Shown in pieces: positions 59,577 to 64,000 of a stretch of DNA of 64,000 nucleotides (position 1 is the first letter of the stretch; each line of letters starts with the position of its first letter). Position numbers and translations under genes: made by a program. This DNA comes from a virus. The notes beneath the pieces were generated by a model, which ran no database searches, was not told the origin of the DNA, and saw only the letters and a list, made by a program, of their open reading frames with translations. The DNA lies in the IMG/VR virus record IMGVR_UViG_3300028864_000019, positions 1-64,000 of that record; one strand, given 5' to 3'.

Positions 59577-59845
59577 ATTAATTTATTTCCGTGGTATCTC
59601 TTATCTATGTATTAATTATAATGCTATATTAAATCAAAGTCAATAACAAATTAATATATAAACAAAAATTATTTTCTGGTGGTTTTGTAGTCAATATAGA
59701 AGTTTTAAGCGTGTTTTGTTTTTAATGGTAACTTATACTATATTTTGATTTGTGAGCGTTCTGTGGCTTATATGAGCTTAATTTTATCTATATATAAGGT
59801 TGTTAGTATTAACTAGTATTTATATTAACAACCTTATTTTTTATT

Positions 59846-61066
59846 TTACATTTCATCAATGAACTTTTTAGTTCTTTCAATTCCTGCATTGTAATCTGCT
59901 TCTGAATTGTAAACTTCTGCTATGAAATCACCCTCGCAATAAGTCAATATTGTTTTTAATTCATTGTTATATATATTCATTTGGTAATATTCAATATATA
60001 AATCCCTATAGCCCTTGTTTTGATAAAGTTCATACAATATACCTTTATCTATTGATCCTCTGTAAATCGTTCTAGTAGCTTCTATTGTTTCATTATCTGC
60101 ATAGATATTAATTACCTTTTTAAGTTCCTCATTATCTGTATTTATTTTAAATGGTAATATTTCATAGTTATCTAACATCTCATCATATTTGTTATGAGTA
60201 ACTTTGTTTTTGTTTTCTTGTTTGTCTGCTGATACTTCTAAATTATTTAATGTATAGCCTTTATATAAATTCCATTGGAATAGTTCGCCTGCTCCAATAC
60301 TATTAATTTCTATATCGTGTTTATGATGTCCACTTATTCCAATTGTTACAACTATTTTATTATCTTTATATATTAATACTTCTTGTAGGTTGATCCAATA
60401 TTTATCACAACTTAAAACATACTCTTGAATTTCTTGAGGTAGTTCGTTCCAGTTTGTAATATATACAGTTTTTAAAGTTTCAATATTATTAAAATCGTTA
60501 GCATTTGGACAAATTTGTTTTTCTATCATTTCATCTAATAAACTATAGTAATATTTTAAATGATTTGCAATTCCTTTTAATTCTATTTCGTTTTGTTCAT
60601 TTTCAAAATTATATTCTTCAATAGTCTTATATATTTTATCTATAAAAGTGCTAACAACTTCAAATGATTCTTTTTGAGTTTCTAAAGATTCAGTATTGAT
60701 TGATAAAATTACCTTTGAAGATTCTTTTTTTAATTCTTCTAATACTGAAGGTTCAACTTCTACAATTTCTTGAACTACTTCAACTGGATTAAGTTCTTTT
60801 ACTGCTATTATAGTGTCGTTTCTTATAGTTCTTGTATCTTCTTGCATTTCAGAAATCCATTTACCATCTTCAAGTCTTGCATGTTCATTGATATATTCAC
60901 AAGTAACTATTACACTTTTACCAGTTTTATTAGATTCAATTCTTATTATTTTTTCAGTTGATCCAAAATTAAAAACTCTTTCATCTCCAACCTTTAAGTT
61001 AATAGCTTTGATTCCTTCAACTATTCCAATTCCTTGTAGTCTTAAAATTCCTTCAAATTCTCTCAT
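59846..61066 (-). CDS. large acidic multidomain hypothetical protein
   Basis: ORF track; own promoter TTGACA(61218-61213)-17-TATAAT. Confidence 0.78.
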   Translation of the reverse strand: MREFEGILRLQGIGIVEGIKAINLKVGDERVFNFGSTEKIIRIESNKTGKSVIVTCEYINEHARLEDGKWISEMQEDTRTIRNDTIIAVKELNPVEVVQEIVEVEPSVLEELKKESSKVILSINTESLETQKESFEVVSTFIDKIYKTIEEYNFENEQNEIELKGIANHLKYYYSLLDEMIEKQICPNANDFNNIETLKTVYITNWNELPQEIQEYVLSCDKYWINLQEVLIYKDNKIVVTIGISGHHKHDIEINSIGAGELFQWNLYKGYTLNNLEVSADKQENKNKVTHNKYDEMLDNYEILPFKINTDNEELKKVINIYADNETIEATRTIYRGSIDKGILYELYQNKGYRDLYIEYYQMNIYNNELKTILTYCEGDFIAEVYNSEADYNAGIERTKKFIDEM

Positions 61067-61556
61067 TTTGATCTCCTTATATGCTTTTCAGGATTAAGCA
61101 TAACCATATATTTTTTACTTTTAATATTAATTTGTTTTATTCCTATGTAAGTTACAAGTTGTAACTTGTTTCTGTTCTCTATATATACTATTATACGCTC
61201 GTGTTTAGATAATGTCAACAAATTAATGTAGAAACAACTGATATTTTTTAATTATTTTTAGGCAATAAAAAGAAGCTTTTTCAAGCTCCAGTTATTTATA
61301 TTATAGTCAGATAATATTTTAATAAATTTTATCTCTTAAATACTCTCTTATGCTTCCAAATGCTCTAGTTTTCAAGGGTATAATTAGAATAAAATGGATA
61401 TTTTAAAGATATATGTAAAGCTCATATGGACGTTTTAAGATTATATATTTTTATATGTGTTATTCGTTGCTGAATTGATTTAATGTTGATCTGGTGGTTT
61501 GTATGATGTTTAGTTTATTAATTTTAGACATTAAAAAAGAAGGTCTTTTAACCTCC

Positions 61557-61946
61557 TTAATTATTAAACCATTCTATTAATTCATTTTCGTTATTACACT
61601 CGAACAATAATTCATCAAAATTATTGTCCCACCCATAAACCACAAATTTAAAATTATCTGCATCATCTATATTAATTGAATATATAAGTTGACCATCTGC
61701 ACCTGAAATATTGAGTTCATCGTAAGCTCTGTGATTTTTAAACCAAATATGCATATCTTGTGAGTCAAATTTTGAATCTTTAATATTTTTAATTATATTC
61801 CCCATGTAAATTGTTTTATCCCTTAATTGTCCATCTTTACAGTTCCAATCAAACCAGCCTGCATCAATTTGTGTATCTATTTTCTTTTTATTAAAATCTC
61901 CATTGTTAAATTTTTCAATCCATTGATTCATGTTTATTTTTATCAT
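61557..61946 (-). CDS. hypothetical protein, paralog of 14015..14431
   Basis: Sequence similarity. Confidence 0.8.
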   Translation of the reverse strand: MIKINMNQWIEKFNNGDFNKKKIDTQIDAGWFDWNCKDGQLRDKTIYMGNIIKNIKDSKFDSQDMHIWFKNHRAYDELNISGADGQLIYSINIDDADNFKFVVYGWDNNFDELLFECNNENELIEWFNN

Positions 61947-62114
61947 TATTAATTTACTCCTTTATATCTTAGTTGTTTTGCTTCTTTAATATATTATATG
62001 ATTTATGCACCTAAAAGATTCCTATTTAAATTAAATATATTAATTTATTTCTGACTACTTAAAAGTTGAAATTTATTAGCTGACAAACTAAAAAGAAGCC
62101 TTTCAGCTTCTTAA

Positions 62115-62330
62115 TTAATTTATACATATTGTTTTTAATGGTCTTGGTGCTACCATATCATCACTCATAAGTGATAAACTAAAATGTTTTGAAAAACGTT
62201 GGCTATTTTTGAAATTGTTATACATCTTTTTAGCTTCTGCAATAGTTGAACATTCAATATTGAATGATTGTACTTGATCAAAATTTCTTCCCCTTCTGCA
62301 AGATATTGAGAATGTTGATATTTTATTCAT
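62115..62330 (-). CDS. hypothetical protein downstream of the hammerhead
   Basis: ORF track; AGGAG RBS; terminator at 62090-62112. Confidence 0.68.
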   Translation of the reverse strand: MNKISTFSISCRRGRNFDQVQSFNIECSTIAEAKKMYNNFKNSQRFSKHFSLSLMSDDMVAPRPLKTICIN

Positions 62331-62386
62331 TTTAAAAACTCCTTTGATATATACCTTAACCGCCTTGTAGGTCGGTGGTGTTTTTT

Positions 62387-62445
62387 GTAAGTGACCACTT
62401 TTTCAAGTGGTTTCGTATCAATTTTCAGATACTCTTCAGACTTAC
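62387..62445 (-). ncRNA. type I hammerhead ribozyme
   Basis: Minus strand reads GUAAGU CUGAAGA GUAUC UGAAAAUU GAUAC GAAA CCACUU GAAA AAGUGG UC ACUUAC: core CUGANGA and GAAA, GUC cleavage triplet, three fully paired stems. Confidence 0.9.
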
Positions 62446-62577
62446 TTATTTTACTCTGTTTATATATTCCATTCGTTTGATACTATTTAAACTGCTCCAA
62501 CTTGGATAAATTCCTAAACTTTCACATTCTGCATAATATAAATCAATTGCTTTTTCTCTTATTTCTAAAGTTATCAT
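62446..62577 (-). CDS. 43-aa protein MITLEIREKAIDLYYAECESLGIYPSWSSLNSIKRMEYINRVK (not in ORF track)
   Basis: AAGGAG RBS; stop abuts hammerhead stem I. Confidence 0.65.
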   Translation of the reverse strand: MITLEIREKAIDLYYAECESLGIYPSWSSLNSIKRMEYINRVK

Positions 62578-62822
62578 TTTAAAATCTCCTTAATATTTGC
62601 CTTAACCACTATTTCTAGTTGGTGGTTTTTAATTTGCTTTATCTTTATAATTTATTATATGCTTATTAGATTATAATTACCACAACTTTTTAATAGATTA
62701 ATGTATAAACCATTCGACAAATTGCGATAAAACTGAGTTTTTATTTGGATATTGATTATTTATTTCAATTAAAATAGGAATAAAAAGAAAAGGATATATA
62801 AAAATATACCCTCAATACCTTT

Positions 62823-63035
62823 TTAACTAACTTGATTTTTAAATGCAAAATATAATGATTTACTTTTAAAATATTTGTGACAATCAAACTTAGTATATAC
62901 TTTCCAATTCCCCTTAATACATGCTATTTGTTTGTCTGTTGGCTTGTCTTTCTTCCATTTAGCATTCTTATCTATAAAACTACTTCCATATGTATAAGCC
63001 ATATTATCAACATTATCTACTAACAATATTCCCAT
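62823..63035 (-). pseudogene. probable C-terminal remnant of a larger gene (SF2 helicase-like tail)
   Basis: SFIDKNAKWKKDKPTDKQ; no clear RBS; overlaps the endonuclease stop. Confidence 0.4.
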
Positions 63036-64000
63036 ACTAAAAGAGTTCCATCTTCTAAACTACCACATGATTTTTGATGACTTAAACAACATTGACTTAT
63101 ACCACTTCTATCACAATTATAAAACTCTGAGGCTTCTCCTATACTGTTAAATTCTTTATTAGTTGTAATACATTTTACTTTCTTTTTTCTTTTTATACTT
63201 TGTAATTCAAGTGCCTTTTCTTTTGAATTCGCTTCATATATTTTTAAGTTTATATCAGCTTGTGTCATTTTTATAAAATCACTATATCTCACCCAAATAC
63301 AAGGTTTATTATTCAGCATTCCTGCATATCTTTGTTTATTATCACAACATTTTAATATTGTACCTATACTTATATTTTTTATATCTTTTTCATTATTAAT
63401 TATATCTGATGGTCTATCATATATAATTTTTGTTTCAATATTTACAATTCTTTTATCATTAATTGAACATTCCAATTCATATATTTTATCTTTTATCTTT
63501 TCAATATCTTCATTAGTTAATTTAGAATATTCTGATTCGTATATAAAATACATTTTTATACCTTTACCTTGTACTATATAAGCATTATTCATTGCCTTAT
63601 ATATACTCTTATAACTAGTATTGTAATATATTTTTGCAGTCTCTATAAGTTCAAAATGCTTATTATCTATCACATTAACTATTTGTTTTGCATTGGGATT
63701 TTTATTTCCATCAAATACTCCTTGTTTCAATTCTGACATTCTTTTTCTAGTTTCTTCATTTTGTACACCGTTATGTCCACCATCATCATTATTATAACCA
63801 TATAATCTATTATTGCTCTTATATAATACTATGTAGGATTTTTCTTTAATATCTAATTCATCTTTACTAAAAGCATAATCAATAATATCTAATTTAAAAT
63901 TATCTACTCCATATTTTTTAGCAGAATCCTTTAAATGCTTATTCTTTGAATATATCCACCATTCTCCTGCTGGATATCTCCTATTAAACTTATTTTTAGT
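63020..64000 (-). CDS. GIY-YIG/NUMOD homing endonuclease, 5' end outside the window
   Basis: Frame open to the window edge (NKHL..KKYG..F..AFSKDELDIKE..YGYN..GG), paralogous to 31557..32972. Confidence 0.82.
   Translation of the reverse strand, partial: TKNKFNRRYPAGEWWIYSKNKHLKDSAKKYGVDNFKLDIIDYAFSKDELDIKEKSYIVLYKSNNRLYGYNNDDGGHNGVQNEETRKRMSELKQGVFDGNKNPNAKQIVNVIDNKHFELIETAKIYYNTSYKSIYKAMNNAYIVQGKGIKMYFIYESEYSKLTNEDIEKIKDKIYELECSINDKRIVNIETKIIYDRPSDIINNEKDIKNISIGTILKCCDNKQRYAGMLNNKPCIWVRYSDFIKMTQADINLKIYEANSKEKALELQSIKRKKKVKCITTNKEFNSIGEASEFYNCDRSGISQCCLSHQKSCGSLEDGTLLVWEYC

Larger units (their letters stand above)
2..62743. repeat. dispersed 16-bp dyad TAAAA-N6-TTTTA at gene boundaries (about 40 copies)
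   Basis: Perfect copies start at 2, 4252, 7228, 9866, 13577, 14921, 17192, 19218, 20229, 23013, 27656, 30112, 34784, 45527, 51874, 53725, 58005, 61390, 62728; about 21 near-perfect copies. Confidence 0.8.
1..64000 (-). mobile_element. Segment of a large SPbeta-like temperate phage/prophage (early, accessory and lysogeny-control region), probably of Clostridium
   Basis: Dense co-oriented small ORFs with GGAG-type RBSs; phage-type MTases, homing endonucleases, antirepressor, YopQ/YopR-like pair; no host core genes. Confidence 0.88.

Noticed and set aside
1566-61097. Most plus-strand ORFs in the track (for example 1566..2003, 45692..46024, 55817..56395)
   Set aside because: Antisense shadows of real minus-strand genes, F/S/L/I-rich with no RBS; only 42249 and 42840 are credible
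2-62743. CRISPR array interpretation of the dispersed repeats
   Set aside because: Repeats are separated by whole genes, not 30-40 nt spacers; no cas genes

Overview
Very AT-rich DNA with about 110 short, tightly packed genes, almost all on the minus strand. No host housekeeping, tRNA, rRNA, CRISPR or virion-structural genes were seen. It reads as the early/accessory and lysis-lysogeny region of a large SPbeta-like temperate phage or prophage of a low-GC Firmicute, most likely Clostridium (inference). Recognisable parts: a Tn554-like element with an apparent tnpA/tnpB fusion, three tandem C5 DNA methyltransferases, five HNH/GIY-YIG endonucleases, a DndB/ParB-like gene plus a catalytically degenerate integrase-fold repressor (like SPbeta YopQ/SroE and YopR/MrpR), XRE regulators, an intact Xer-like recombinase, a CYTH and nucleotidyltransferase pair, and a Bro-N/KilAC antirepressor. 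Four signals stand out beyond the ORF track. (1) An operon mazF-like toxin, short TPR protein and unannotated 39-aa secreted propeptide ending GPSDRG, a candidate non-canonical arbitrium/RRNPP communication system. (2) About 40 copies of a TAAAA-N6-TTTTA dyad placed at gene boundaries, delimiting one- to few-gene cassettes, a candidate integron- or dif-module-like gene-shuffling system. (3) A complete type I hammerhead ribozyme at 62387-62445. (4) A phage-wide operator beside sigmaA promoters, plus a LexA-boxed antisense promoter. All protein calls are from motif recognition by eye, not database searches.
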